Of a stretch of 64,000 nucleotides of DNA, positions 1-13,763 are shown one piece after another. Under the pieces are notes generated by a model that was not told where the DNA came from, searched no databases, and saw only the letters and a list, made by a program, of their open reading frames with translations. Each line of letters opens with the position of its first letter. Position 1 is the first letter of the stretch. The position numbers were made by a program, and so were the translations under genes. The stretch covers positions 89,528,001 to 89,592,000 of the forward strand of contig OZ024742.1 of NCBI GenBank assembly GCA_964016885.1, read 5' to 3'. The stretch comes from Eledone cirrhosa (lineage: Eukaryota).

Positions 1-183
1 CTTTTTAGCGATACTCCGGCCAAATATATATATATTGTTATACTTGGGGAGGGTCATATTTGTGTAATAATATTGCCAGAATTAATAACAGAACACACTC
101 AGAGAGAATATATATATATATTTATATATATATATATTTAATTATAATTATATATATATATCATTTTATGTATGTATATATAA

Positions 184-220
<37 letters not shown>

Positions 221-550
221 TATGTATATATATATATATATAATTATATGTATATATATAATTATATATATATATATATGAAAAGTTTATATTTAATTTG
301 TTGGGATACAACATGCAAAATATTTTTATAACTGATATAAAGCACTCAACAAATTATTGGAGTAAATATACAATATATTAACAAATGGTAACTATAATTA
401 TAAAACCATATTTATTTCATTATACATATTTAAAGGGCCACCAAAGCAAACTATGGTGCGCTTTCATCAGATAAAATATAATATAGGTTAGTTTTATAAA
501 TAAATATTGTCATACACATAAAAAAAAAAAATATATATATATATATATAC

Positions 551-907
551 AAATAATTACACACAAACAACGGACAACAGAGGCCACGTATTTTTATGTA
601 TATATATATATATATAATTACATATATAAAAAATTGCAGATGGGTAAATCTCCGGGTAACAGAATCCGTTGCTGAAGAGAGAGATGTAAGAGAAAATTTA
701 GAATGAGATATATAGTGTGTAGAGGAACGTAGAAAATAGCGTAAAAAATAAAAATAATAACACAAGATAGAGTTACCTTGGCAGACATTTAATTGTCCCT
801 ATATTTCGGATTTCGCATCCATCAACTGGGGCTTTTCCGAGGGGGAATGTTATCTGACGGAGAGGAACGGTACGTGGCCTCTGTTGTCCGCTGTTTGTGT
901 GTAATTA
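551..907. repeat. Small element bounded by ~38-bp inverted repeats, with a degenerate HHR-like motif (797-830, -)
   Basis: AATTACACACAAACAACGGACAACAGAGGCCACGTA (~554-590) is the reverse complement of TACGTGGCCTCTGTTGTCCGCTGTTTGTGTGTAATT (~870-906). Minus strand reads CCC-CAGUUGA-U-GGAU-GCGAA-AUCC-GAAA-UAUA-GGG, with two mismatches in the CUGANGA box. Confidence 0.5.
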
Positions 908-927
908 TATGTATATATATATATAAT

Positions 928-2112
928 TACAAAAAGTTATGAAACGAAAAGAGCTGTGTGGTTATTAAAACAACGTTTAGGATGGTGGTTAGGACTGAAC
1001 AGGAGGAGAAAGGAAGAAAGGTGTTTCCATCGTCAGCTGTAAATGTTTCCCGAACCGATGTTTCGGCGCTGAATTACAGGACATCGGTGTATTTCGGGTG
1101 CGCTTGATGCCTTTTATTAATAAAAAGGCCAGGTGGAAAAGGAGAGAGAAAGAGAGAAAAGGAGGAGAAAAAAAGGATAGAGAGAAGGAAAGAGAGGGAA
1201 GGAGGAAGAACAGGAGGGGATGAGGAGAGAGGAAGAGGGGGGGGGGCGAAAAAATAGGAAAGGAATAGGACAAAAAAGTGTACAGGTCCCATCGTGGGAA
1301 GACAGAGGTGAAAGAAACATGCAAAAAAGTAACCATGGAAAAATAGGGAAAGTAAGTTGTGGCCAACCTGGGAGACTTTGCCTGGGGGTCAGCTACAACT
1401 CAGAGCTGGTATAAGCGTGCTGCCTCTCACATAGACAGGAGAAAGTGAGAGAGAGACACGGGCAACCAAAAGTGAGGAGGACAAGGGAAAGGGAGATAAT
1501 CCAGAAGAGGTTTTTTTACAACGGTGGTAAAAACGTGCCGCAAAGATTGCGGACAGAGAGGCCACCACGGCACGTGTAAATATGTCAACAATCAAAACTG
1601 AGGAAAAACGAGAGTGAGGAAGAGAGGGGAAGAGTGAAGGGAGGATCTATGCGAAGTGTGGAGGGAACACAGATCGTTCAAAGCAGGTAGGGTCACAGCG
1701 GTAAATACAAAAAGTTATGAAACGAAAGAAATTGTGTGGTTACTAAAACAAGGTTTAGGATGGTGGTTAAGACGGAACAGGAGGAGAGAAGAAGAAAGGA
1801 GTTTCCATCGTCAGCTGTAAATGTTTCCCGAACCGAAGTTTCGGCGCTGAATTACAGGACATCGGTGTATTTCGGGTGCGCCCGAGGCCTTTTATTAATC
1901 AAAAGGCCAGGTGGAAAGGAGAGAGAACGAGAGACAAAAAGGGGAGAAAAAGGAGAGAGAAAAGGAAAAAGAGGGAAATGAGGAAGAACAGCGAGGGGGA
2001 GGAAGAAGTGGAGCAGGGAAAAGGCGAAAAAATAGGAAAGGAATAGGAGAAAAAAGTGTACAGATCCTATCGTGAGAAGACACAGGTGAAAGAAACATGC
2101 AAAAAAAGTAAT
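928..2112 (-). mobile_element. Tandem ~400-bp direct repeats (928-1331, 1706-2111), probably PLE pseudo-LTR-derived
   Basis: Two diverged copies offset by ~778 bp. The spacer on the minus strand gives weak GIY-YIG C-terminal-like remnants (YTCRGGLSVRNLC). Both copies carry HHR core boxes. Confidence 0.55.
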
Positions 2113-2122
2113 TTATATATGA

Positions 2123-3551
2123 CTAGCAGTTTTGCCCGGCGTTGCTCGGGTTTGTTCATTTGCAATGAAAGCTTTCATACAGGTAAACGTGGCTTAAAAG
2201 CGAATAAGCTTATCAATTAAGTGCATAAAGCAGTTGAAACGGTTATTAAAAGTTACGAACCAATTAGCATTTTGGACAATCAATGATGGGTTAATAATCT
2301 TCCAATAGCGAATTTAGCAGACCAAGGTTGCAAGCTGGTGGCCCTGATACGGCTGGGTGTCAGATCTATCCGCCATGGGTGACCCTACCAGGAAATAATT
2401 TTCCAGATGGCATAACTCCAACACCTCCAACACCTGCACCAACATCTATAGCACCTCGTTGTAGACGATATTGCGTGTCATCACTTGAGCAGTGTAAGCA
2501 AAAATTCTATTCCTGCTCCCTACGCGGGAATAGGCAACATAAAGTTGGGCATGGGAGAAGCATCGCTCCCCCAAATGGATGCCCGCCACCGACAATGTTT
2601 GCCCTTGTGACTTATTAATGAACATGGCAAAACATGGTCTCACCGGGAATTAGGATCGCCGGAAATCGAACGGGATATCTGACACCGGGGGGAAATGGTT
2701 CATCCTTACAGTGTGTTCGGTAGAATTGCCAGAAGTACAACACTATGGGTGTTGTCATATTAATATTTAACCAATTAAAGTCGTAAAAAATAAATAATTT
2801 AAACATTCCGATTCATATGTCTATATCATTAATCTGTTATATGAAGTGTTATTTTGCGGGTTGTTATTTGCAATAAGCCGATTTAAAAAGCCCCCGAAAA
2901 CCGTATGTCAATAAAGAACTCCAATGGCTCCCCCATTGGTTAAATTATAGAGAGGGGGAATAATCTATTATAGAGAGAGAGAAGAGCAACGAAGAGAGTA
3001 AAACTAAGAAACTATAGGGAGATGTGTAAAACAGTGTTGTCTTATAGAGAGTCAAGAGCGACAGAGAGAGTAAAGTAGTTAAATATTAGAGAGGGGGAAT
3101 AATCTATTATAGAGAGAGGGAAGAGCGACGGAGAGAATAAAGCTGTTTGTTGTTGTATAAATTGATGTGTTGTTTCGTTTTCAAAATTTGTGTCGCGTTG
3201 ATAGGGTAGTAGAGAGAGGCATTAACCTTTTAAAGAGAGTTGCAGAGGGGAGTAGAGGGAGGGATGAATCTTTTAAAGAGAGTTGCAACATGTATGTAGT
3301 TTAATAGATTGTTGAGGGTAGTAGAGAGAGGCATTAAGCGTGTAAGAGAGGGTGTTACAACATGTATTTAGTTTTATCGATTTTTTTTCTTGAAGCAGGA
3401 AATGCTGTGTAAAGTTTATTACGCGATGACCATCGCTGGTACATTTGGAGCACATTGGACAAAAAATCATCAAAATTGGTAGAGAAATGTGGAAATGCAT
3501 AAAAATCATACACACACAGATACAGACATCTTTGTTTTATATATAGAGAGA
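2123..3551 (-). mobile_element. Non-autonomous (internally deleted) Helitron
   Basis: Minus strand has a 5' TC start (TCTCTCTATATATAAAAC) preceded by A, and a 3' hairpin CCCGAGCAACGCCGGG then CTAG followed by T. It retains the PIF1 helicase C-terminus (RPCFAMFINKSQGQTL...HAQLYVAYSRVG, 2446-2643). The 3' ~580 bp match the Helitron at 59355-63215. Confidence 0.9.
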
Positions 3552-3554
3552 TTA

Positions 3555-3867
<313 letters not shown>

Positions 3868-5000
3868 TATTTTCCATTGTATTGTAATATAAATATTACA
3901 CACAGTAGATTGACAGCTCACGTAGAGTTTGCTCGGCGGTTCCAGTTGTAGTTCCAAAAGCAATCCGGAGAAAAATAGAAAGATTTGAATGGATACAGTT
4001 TAGTTGAAAGGAATTTATTGACACGTGTTTCTATAACAGTTACATTACCTGAAAACAGCTGCTATCTACAAAGTTTTAGTTATGCAGACATTCAATATTT
4101 CAATGTTATTATTTACTGTCATTTCATCAGAATAATATTATTGAGGACCTATTTGGTTTTGATAGAGAATATTAGGAGGGAGGGGTGAAGTTGTTAGAAG
4201 AATAATTGAGGGAGTGGTTTGTTGATAGCAGTGAGAATTTTTGATGGCAGTGAGTAATTAGATTCCCATCTGTTGTTTTGACATTTTTATAGAATATATT
4301 ATTGGTTATTTTTCTAAATTTATAGAAGGATTAGAGATAGTAAAGATATGCGTGGTTGGTTTTGTGTTTGCACTTAATTAACATTCAGACTTAAATTTTT
4401 CTTTCAAGTGTACGTATCCTTTCACCCACGCATTCACACACAAATATATTTGCACACCTCTACAAAATACATATACTCACATTCACCTATTCATACTTAC
4501 ATACATATACACATGCATACATATATATATACACACATGTATTCGTGTACATACATACGCGTTCATGTGTATACATTTTCATACTCAACTTATCTTTATA
4601 TACACACGCATAGACACACACATATATACATACATACTCTAGTCTATGTGTACACATATACATATACATACACATCTATACATATATATATATATACACA
4701 CATATATATATACATATATATATATATATAAGCACTTTAATACATGAATACACTTACATCCTACTATACACATCAAACATATATATATATTTACTTATTT
4801 ATATACATTTTCACATATATATACATACTTATGGACGTTTTTAGACACATTCATTATCGCATATTTGCACCTATTTTCATCAGCATATCTTTCCATTATT
4901 AGTGTGGTAATTTAAGGTTATTAATATATGTTGAGAAGAGATTGTTTTTATATTTTTCTAACTAGAATGAGGTTTATATAGTTGGGGGGATGTCTCTCTT

Positions 5001-5450
5001 TTATGTAATATTCGGCTTGTAGTGGGAAAAAAGGGTTTTAGTTCTGTGAAGGCAGAATAATGTTCGTTCAATTCTGTTATTCAGCAATTTCTTCTTGTGT
5101 GTGATTATGTAATAAATCTCAAGATTACATAATTTGCAGAAATTTTGGCTCCTGGAAAAGCTTTGGGTTTTAGCTAATTTCTCCCATTTTAGAGTAAACT
5201 TTTGATCGCTATCCCTGAGCGTCCAAGCTTTTTCTGCTAAAGTTGTTACATTTCTTTGGCTCTGGTGTTTTATTGAGTAAGAATGCCTATATAATCGAGA
5301 TTTAAACGATGTTGCCGTTGATCCCACGTAATACCACTCGTTGCCTCCGGATTTAATGGTACACTTATAAATAATTTTTTTTTCCAGGCAGTTATTGCCG
5401 AGGGGGCAGTTGTCAGGATAGGTGCAGTTACAGTTGTGTACGTTGGGTTT
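5001..5450 (-). mobile_element. Penelope-like element 3' fragment, GIY-YIG endonuclease (Naiad-type CxCx5C linker)
   Basis: Minus-strand translation CNCTYPDNCPLGNNCLEKKIIYKC...YVGSTATSFKSRLYRH...CKLCNLEIYYI...LLNNRIE...CLHR. Confidence 0.85.
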
Positions 5451-6159
5451 TCTCTGGAGTAGTATTGCGGACGAACTTATTTTCAGTTTAAGTCATTTAT
5501 TTGCTTACAATTGTTTCCTCCAAATTCCGGACAGCATGATATGTTAATTAAGAACCAACTGGATACCGTTTATAGCTTGACTATATGCTGAAACACTGCG
5601 AATTATACGATAGTCGCATGTTCTCTATATATATATTGCATCTCATGGATTATGTGAGTGGTGGTGTGAGCAAGGACAGTGGTACGACCTTGCCTAAGAT
5701 ACAATAAGGTTTATAGTATGTTGAAGGTTTTTGATATTTTGGTGTTTCCCCGCATCCGAGACTGTATATCATACAGATGTATGAGAATAAATGACTTAAT
5801 AATTCAGCCTATATTATAAGATCGATTGCCTGCTTCAACTGCCTGACCCTGCAAATATCATTCTGACGCACTCTAATCATGTATAGATAAGACAAGCTTG
5901 CATGCTACACGGGAGATTGCTTCATGCACTGACTACTCTAAGCTTTCCTCTTGCTTTATCTTCATAGACTACCAACGCTTCATGTTTATCTTTATTTTCA
6001 CTCTTGCTTTTATTTTATTTTATTTTTATCATGTAACACTTTATATGTAAATTGCCATGCTATTTCATTTGATGAATGTCACCCCACTGTTGATCAATAT
6101 GCGCATATGTTTTATGTGTCTCTTGGGTTGAAAAGGAGGTCAAGTATGTTATAAATAAC

Positions 6160-6206
6160 TGCTCCGAAGAATCCAAACCTCGGTTTGGAGGAAACAATTG
6201 TAAGCA
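6160..6206 (+). ncRNA. Type I hammerhead ribozyme variant (CCGAAGA core)
   Basis: UGCU-CCGAAGA-AUCCAAACC-UC-GGUUUGGAG-GAAA-CAAUUG-UA-AGCA. Stem III is palindromic. A partial inverted copy lies at ~5502-5525. Confidence 0.6.
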
Positions 6207-6240
6207 AATATATGACTTAAACTGAACTTTGATTACTGTA

Positions 6241-6546
<306 letters not shown>

Positions 6547-6557
6547 ATATATATATA

Positions 6558-6619
<62 letters not shown>

Positions 6620-6831
6620 TGTATGTATGTATGTATATATATATATATATAACAGTACAGAGAAATACGGAATACATCGGCCTCGGGATGGTGTCTAGAT
6701 TTTGTGCTTATAAAAAAAATTCGTCGTAGATTACCAGGAGTTTTTTGCGTGTGAAGGAAATCAATACTTTATCGCGAAATTAATACTTTTGTTTATATTT
6801 TGTTATTGTGTGTGCAAAAATATCTGTACAC

Positions 6832-6876
<45 letters not shown>

Positions 6877-7132
6877 AGGTGAGTTTTATTGTAGTACAAT
6901 AAAGCAATGCAGATATCGGATAAGAAGCACTCTACAGTTTGTAGGACTGGAGTATACATAATATATAAGAACAAAAGATGGTTAAAAGAGTTCCATGTAT
7001 TTTATTATGCGCATTTCAAAAACAAATATCATCATGCAATAGTATTTGTGTTTTCATCAGATAAAACAGGAAGACATGATATGAAGGTTAAAAAAACACT
7101 TGTGGATAGTGCAGTTTTAAATCAACATATGA

Positions 7133-7514
7133 AAAGTAGTTTTAGATTGATGTGTGATATTGGGAAAAAAATATTTTATTTTGAGGGGGGGGGGGATGAA
7201 AAAGAGGAGGAGATGAGAGTAAAAAGTGGAGAGAGGAGTATAATGAGCAAGGATGAGATAGGCGGAGAGATGGGTGATAGAGAGAGAGAGATAGCTTTTA
7301 TAACTATATGTAAAATAATATATTTTTCTCAGTTATAAAAGCTATCTCTCTCTCTCTATCACCCATCTCTCCGCCTATCTCATCCTTCCTCATTATACTC
7401 CTCCCTCTCCACTTTTTTCTCTCATCTCCTCCTCTTTTTCATCCCCCCCCCCCCCCCCCCCCTCAAAATAAAATATTTTTTTCCCAATATCACACATCAA
7501 TCTAAAACTACTTT
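7133..7514. repeat. Inverted repeat, ~175-bp arms with ~25-nt spacer
   Basis: 7133-7305 is the reverse complement of 7331-7514, including the poly-G/poly-C runs. Confidence 0.9.
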
Positions 7515-7828
7515 ATCTTCGCTACAGAGTTAAGAACAAAGTAAATAAATACAATACAGAAGTAATAGAAACAAATAAATACATACACTAAATACACTGA
7601 AATACACTAAGACTAACTTTTGTAATCGTATGCAAATGTTGGCCTTGTTTGTTTATATATTTTTTTTGTATGCAAAAATATCTGTCAGTGATGCATGTGA
7701 TTATGTAATCGCCGGCGTTGTTTGTTCATATTTTGTTCTTGTGTATGCATCGTATGTAATCGTTGGCCTTAATTGTTTATATTTTGTTTTTGTGTATGCA
7801 AAAAAAAAATGTATATATTAAAATAACA

Positions 7829-8412
7829 GATTAAAGTTTAAGCAAGAATCGCTGCTTTCCACCTTAACGGGATCTTCTGAAACTAAAAAAAATCAATCTG
7901 TGAACGCAGATGTAAATATTTCGAAAAACGTTGCAAACGAAGGAAAACAGGAAGACGATACGTTGGTTCGTGAAGACGTCCCCTGACATAAAAAAAATAC
8001 ATATATATATACACACACAACTATATATATACATATACACACACACATACTGATTGCGTCATAATGATGTAATGTAGACAGCCAGGCATACAGACATATA
8101 TTATAAGGGTGCAACGTTATATCTATGTATCTATCTTAAAAGAGAAAGACTAAGAGTTATATAGAGAGATCGCTAAATCGCCTAATGCGATCGCTAGGGC
8201 ATTGAAAAGACTAAATATATATAAACCCATAGAGCAAATATTTATTATAAGAAGAGATTAATGTTTAAGCAAAGAATCGCCGCTTTCCCCCTTAACGGGA
8301 TCTTCTGAAACTAAAATAAATCAATGTGTGGACGCGGAAGTAAATATTTCGAAAAACGTTACAACCAAAGGAAAACAGGAAAACGATACTTTGGTTTATG
8401 ATGATGTTCCTG
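7829..8412. repeat. Diverged ~150-bp direct repeat (7829-7983, 8255-8412)
   Basis: Shared GATTAA.GTTTAAGCAA.GAATCGC.GCTTTCC.CCTTAACGGGATCTTCTGAAACTAAAA...GGAAAACAGGAA.ACGATAC. Confidence 0.8.
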
Positions 8413-8647
8413 GCAATTTACGGAAAACAGCGAGGATAATTACGTCGTTATGTGGAGCGTTGAGAACAATTTCACTCAAAGATAAAAACACTTTTATGGT
8501 ATAAATGGTGTCATTAGACTAACTAGCAGAAAAACCGCACCGGGATGCTGTCTGCTAGTATATGTAGTGTGCATATTGGTATTATACGCAAATATATATG
8601 CATATATATATATATATATATTTAAATTGAAAAGTAAATGAAAATAT

Positions 8648-9325
8648 CTTCTTCTTCGCCCACTTATTTCTGAGAGTGTCGTGAGGTTAGAGTCCTTCTC
8701 AAACAATCTTTCCAGCGAGCCTGTCAGAAACAAACATCTCTAACTGATCCAGCTGGATCCCAAATCGTGAGCAGCCACACTCATGGATGTTATCCAACTA
8801 TGTTGCTCAGAGTCTACCTCTGGGTCTCTTGCCGGTTGGTTTTGCCTGTAAAATCTGTCCAGCGATTCTTTACTGGGACATTCTAACCCCATGCTCATAA
8901 TATCGAAGTTGTGATCTCACATTTCGAAGAAGTAGCGGCTCTACCAGGAGTGAATCTCTGGTCTCTGAGCTATGCACTTTATTGAGTAATGCACTGAGCT
9001 ATCGAGTAATGCACTGAGCTATGCACTTTATCGAGTAACGTTACTCCAACGATCCTTCGAAGGAAACCCGTTTCTGTCGTTTTTATTTGCAATTGTATTT
9101 TTTGATCATTACCCAAGATTCATGATCCTCAATAAGAGTTGCTAGGAATACCAGGAAGACAGCGAATTTGCCTTTTTACACCTACCCCCTTCTTCTGATT
9201 GCTGAATGCTGAGGCTGGTACATTACTGCATCAGCTTTTGCAATTCTTGCACTTAATTCAGCCTCTTGCATTCCATCACTCATGAACACGGCCTCCAGAT
9301 ACTTGAACTTCTGAAACTGCTTATG
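8648..9325 (-). mobile_element. RTE-clade LINE 3' fragment (decayed RT C-terminus)
   Basis: KFKYLEAVFMSDG...ELSARIAKA motif, a downstream RPRGR...W-like remnant and a (GAA)n tail at ~8648-8657. Confidence 0.7.
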
Positions 9326-9454
9326 TCTATAATTTAAAAACGGTGACACACACACATAAGTCTCTAATTTAAGAACGGCGATTAACACACGCGCGAGAAC
9401 TTACACACACTGTCTTATTACCACTTAAGAGCTTTGGCACGGGCAAACATCCCA

Positions 9455-9845
9455 TCAAGTTTGGAACCGTCTGGGTTGTACAGAATTGATGGTAAAAGAC
9501 TTGACGCTCTACTCTGTGCTCCTGGTCAAGAGGCAGATGCCTTATCTGGGACGTCACAGTTAGTGACTCTTTTGCTTCTTCTCACATCCTGAATGCAATG
9601 GTAAGGAGGAGAGCTACAGCATCTGCAGCTGAACGGAACAAAATCCTAAAATACCGTGTTCTGTCAGCTAATTATCCATCTTGTGGCGTTCGAGACGTTT
9701 GGGGACGTCGGGCTACTGTCACAAGGTTCTTACCTTCACTGTCGGCTTGTAAATCAGAGGTAACTGGTGATACTCGTGAGGGCACTTGGTTGTTCCAGCA
9801 CCTCAGCTTCGCCATCACCCCAGGTAACGCTGCGAGCAAAAGTTA
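9455..9845 (+). mobile_element. CRE-like non-LTR retrotransposon fragment (restriction-like endonuclease domain)
   Basis: LEPSGLYRIDGKRLD...WSRGRCLIWDVTV...AAERNKILKY...VETFG...LFQHLSFAI..GNAAS, read across frameshifts. Confidence 0.75.
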
Positions 9846-10289
9846 TACTTCATTTTGCTCTCGAACGCTGCTATCATGAGTGTGTGACTGTATGTGTGTG
9901 TTTGTGTAAATGTATGTGTGAATATGTCCTTGAGCGTGTATTTTTGTAAGTTTGTATTTGCGCGATTATAGTTATATACTCATACATATAGATGTATGTA
10001 TATGCACATACAGACATGCACACACATGCGTCAGCGTATTGAAAAAAGTCGTAATCTCTTCATCTATCTCTTTCACTCATTCTCTCTCTCAAATTATTTA
10101 TATTTAATCAAGAGTTACGAAATTTAGTACATAAATTATGTAATATTCATTCATTATTTATTCAAAGTAATCCAACTTATTTCATTAACTGGATTAAAAG
10201 AAAGAAATCGGATGCTGTCCCGCACTTCTCCCTTTATTATAGTAGAGATGTACTATTTAGAATAACCGAATGATTCTCAGCTCTGGAGT

Positions 10290-11580
10290 TTAAGAATGAT
10301 GTCATATTCCACGCTAGGAAGACCGCCTTGCTCTTTGAAAACTCCACATGGTTAAAGAGAGCTCCAGACTCTCATTTCGACGTCAGTATGGGCTCGACTG
10401 ACTCGGTCATGGTGACCGACCTTATAGGACTATACATACTCCGTAAACACATCGAAAAGTTTCGTCTGTATCGAGATTACGGGCTTCTTACCCTCACAGG
10501 GTACAACCGCAGTAGCACGGACCGGGTCCTTAAACACCACATGAAATTATTCCGGGATTTGGGTTTCAAAATCAGCCTACAGTCGTCCCTTACCCGCGTC
10601 AATTTTCTTGATGTTACATACAACCAGGAGAATCATTTGTACTACCCACATAGGAAACCGAATGCGAATCTACACTCTATCCAGCGCAGTTCTAACCATC
10701 CAAGGCACATTACCAATAACTTAGTAAAATAATCTCCCTCCGCATATCTCGCTTGTCCGCAAGCGAGCAGATCTTCAACGAACACGTGCCATATTACAAC
10801 TAGGCCTTCAAAAGAAGCGGATTCCTATTATCCAGGCCCTTCTAGCGGATCCAGCAGGTGACGCCGTCACTCACACCACGTAACGTGGTTCAACCCTCAC
10901 CACAATGCCGAGGCTGCGCACCAATTGGAAAGATCTTATTCAGACTTCTCGATAAACAATTCTCACCCAACACCGCTACCACAATATCATCAACAAAAAC
11001 ACTGTTAAACTTTCCTACAGCACTACACCCAACTTTGCACAAAACATTTCTTCATCTAACAATAAATAAAATCCTCTCTAGCAGAAGAAATAACAACGAT
11101 ATTAGGAGTGATCAAACTAGGAGGTGTAAGTGTCCGGATCGTGCCGCCATCGTGCCCCCACAACAATAGATGCCGAGGACAAAACGTGGTTTACCAGTGC
11201 AATATGAGGACGGAAAACTCCAACAGGCCTACATCGGATTAACCGCCTCCGATTTTAAGACCCGGTATTATTAACACCAACACCAACACACATTTAGAAA
11301 CCCGGCCCGGCGATACGCGGCAGCACTTTCTGGCCATATATTGTACCTCCAAAACAACAATATTACCTACCATCTAAGTTGGAACATACTTTCCAAGACA
11401 AAATCTTACTCGGGTGGACGCCGTCCGTGCATTCTATGCTCGGAGAAAACAATCCAGATGCTGTTTGCAAAGGTCCGACTTCTAAACAAAAATGATGAAC
11501 TCGTTCCCTCGTGTAAATACAGAATACTTAGGACATATCGTATCTTCAAACCCCCTCACGACCCAGGTGGGTAGACCTCG
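10290..11580 (+). mobile_element. Decayed Penelope-like element (RT + GIY-YIG, Naiad-like)
   Basis: FDVSMGSTDS...LIGLYIL...LYRDYGL...VNFLDVT...HRKPN...SNHP, then RCKC...NVVYQC...YIGLTASDFKTRY...CILCSEK...LLNKNDELVPSCKY. Multiple stops and frameshifts. Confidence 0.88.
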
Positions 11581-12000
11581 GTTGTATCTCCTTCCTAATT
11601 ACAAAGTAAGTATGTATATATATACGAAACCATGGCAGAGGCAACTAAATATGTTCACTTTTCTCCTAGTTTATTTTACACCTAATTCTGTTTAGTTGAC
11701 TGTATATCTGGTCGATTTATACACGGTGTCGAAATACTCGATAAATACTCCGTCGCAACCGCCGTGAAGGGCTGCTTTCAGTTATTTGTCGGATATTTCT
11801 TCATAGAGCCTTTATTCTTATAGCTTGGTCTAATCGATTTTTTTATATGGTTAATTATGCTAATTGGGAGAGGAAACTGTATATATTTTATCTGGTGATT
11901 CTATAGACATGTTTTATGATATATATATGTATATATACAGTTTTATGTATGTATATGTATATAATTATATATATGCATATATATATATATATATAATTTA

Positions 12001-12039
<39 letters not shown>

Positions 12040-12042
<3 letters not shown>

Positions 12043-13115
12043 TAAGTATACGTACATACATATATGTATACAGACGCACAGTTGTATGAATATATATACA
12101 TACATGCACACATATATGTATGTACGTATGGATTTACCGAACATTTATTATAATGCTCGTTTTTTTTTGTAAACAAACAAACATCCCGAATTAAGCCGTA
12201 CAGTGTTTAGCAACCATCGTTGCCCTTTTGTTCAACACTGACAAAGGAACGATGTACTAGTTTCAAGCTTATTAGCTATCGTCAGCATCGTATACCTTCC
12301 TGCCAGATGATTGAACGTCTGAATATTCATACTTTCCTTATGCATATTAACGGCTGAGCAGCCTAATTTGCATATCGAGTGAGTTAATTGGCCGGGCGCA
12401 CCGAAAACGATAAATGGAAAAAATGAAACGAAATTTCATTTCTCACTCTTAGTGCGGCTCTTATTTACATATAAGTATGTATACGTACATACTTATATGT
12501 ATACAGACGTACAGTAGTATGTATGTATATACATACATGCACACATATATATATGTACGTATGGATTTACCGAACATTTATTATAATGCTCGGTTTGTTT
12601 GTAAACAAACAAACATCCCGAATTAAGCCGTACAGTGTTTAGCAACCATCGTTGCCCTTTTGTTCAACACTGACAAAGGAACGATGTACTAGTTTCAAGC
12701 TTATTAGCTATCGTCAGCTCCGTATACCTTCCTGCCAGATGATTGAACGTCTGAATGTTCATTCTTTCCTTATTTCTATTAACGGGTGAGCAGCCTAATT
12801 TGCATATCGAGTGAGCTAATCGGCCGGGCGCACCAAAAACGATAAACGGAAAAAATTAAACGAAATTTCATTTCTCACTCTTAGTACGGCTGTTACTTAC
12901 ATATAAGTATGTATACGTACATACATATATGTATACAGACGTACAGTAGTATGTATATATATACATACATGCACACATATATATATGTACGATGGATTTA
13001 CCGAACATTTATTATAATGTTCGGTTTGCTTGTAAACAAACAAACATCCCGAATTAAGCCGTACAGTGTTTAGTAACAGCCGTACTAAGAGTGAGAAATG
13101 AAATTTCGTTTCATT
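12040..13115 (-). repeat. ~432-bp tandem repeat (2.4 units plus short inverted end) carrying type I hammerheads; retrozyme-like
   Basis: Units at ~12040-12465, ~12470-12895 and a partial ~12897-13075. 13081-13113 is an inverted copy of the unit end. An HHR motif is present in each full unit. Confidence 0.85.
12250..12290 (-). ncRNA. Minimal type I hammerhead ribozyme
   Basis: CGAUG-CUGACGA-UAGCU-AAUA-AGCUU-GAAA-CUAG-UA-CAUCG, with GUA cleavage triplet and ACUAGU palindrome. The second copy (12682-12722) has a damaged stem I. Confidence 0.8.
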
Positions 13116-13119
13116 TCTT

Positions 13120-13199
<80 letters not shown>

Positions 13200-13763
13200 A
13201 GCGTCCGAAACGTTAAGACGCTCTTCCCGGTATATCAAGCGTTAACCTAATATATACCTTCCATATACTGTACCGATTGTGTTGTTAATTTTGTTTACCT
13301 TTTATATACACATATGTATATCAACGCCTACGTGGACCTCTCAAAATTCGTTGCATTTTCTGATTGGACTTTCACCTCGAAGCTGGATACCAACCAGGAG
13401 TACACCTGAACTTCCACCAGAAAATCTTTCGTATCTTTGAAATTTTCTTTGCCTCTTGCATTTAAATATTCCACGACTCTCTACCACTTTTCCTTTACTA
13501 GATTCTTCTCAGCCGTCTATTTTTCACTCCCACCCAAGTACCTTCGATATCCCGAATCTCAAATCTTTTCTATTTGTATCTAAAGACATTGTTTCTAATT
13601 CCATCCCGCCCGACCCCTTAATCTATTTTATTTCTCATTCTTTCTTCCGATGAAGGACTAGCGTCCGAAACGTTAAGACCTTCTTCCTGCTATATCAAGC
13701 GTTAACCTAATATATACCTTCCTTATACTGTACAGATTGCGTTGTTATTTCTGTTTACCTTTT

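Noticed and set aside
12040-13115. CRISPR-like array or other prokaryotic defence system
   Set aside because: Repeats here and elsewhere are long tandem or inverted units without unique spacers; there are no cas or operon-like genes and the DNA is eukaryotic.
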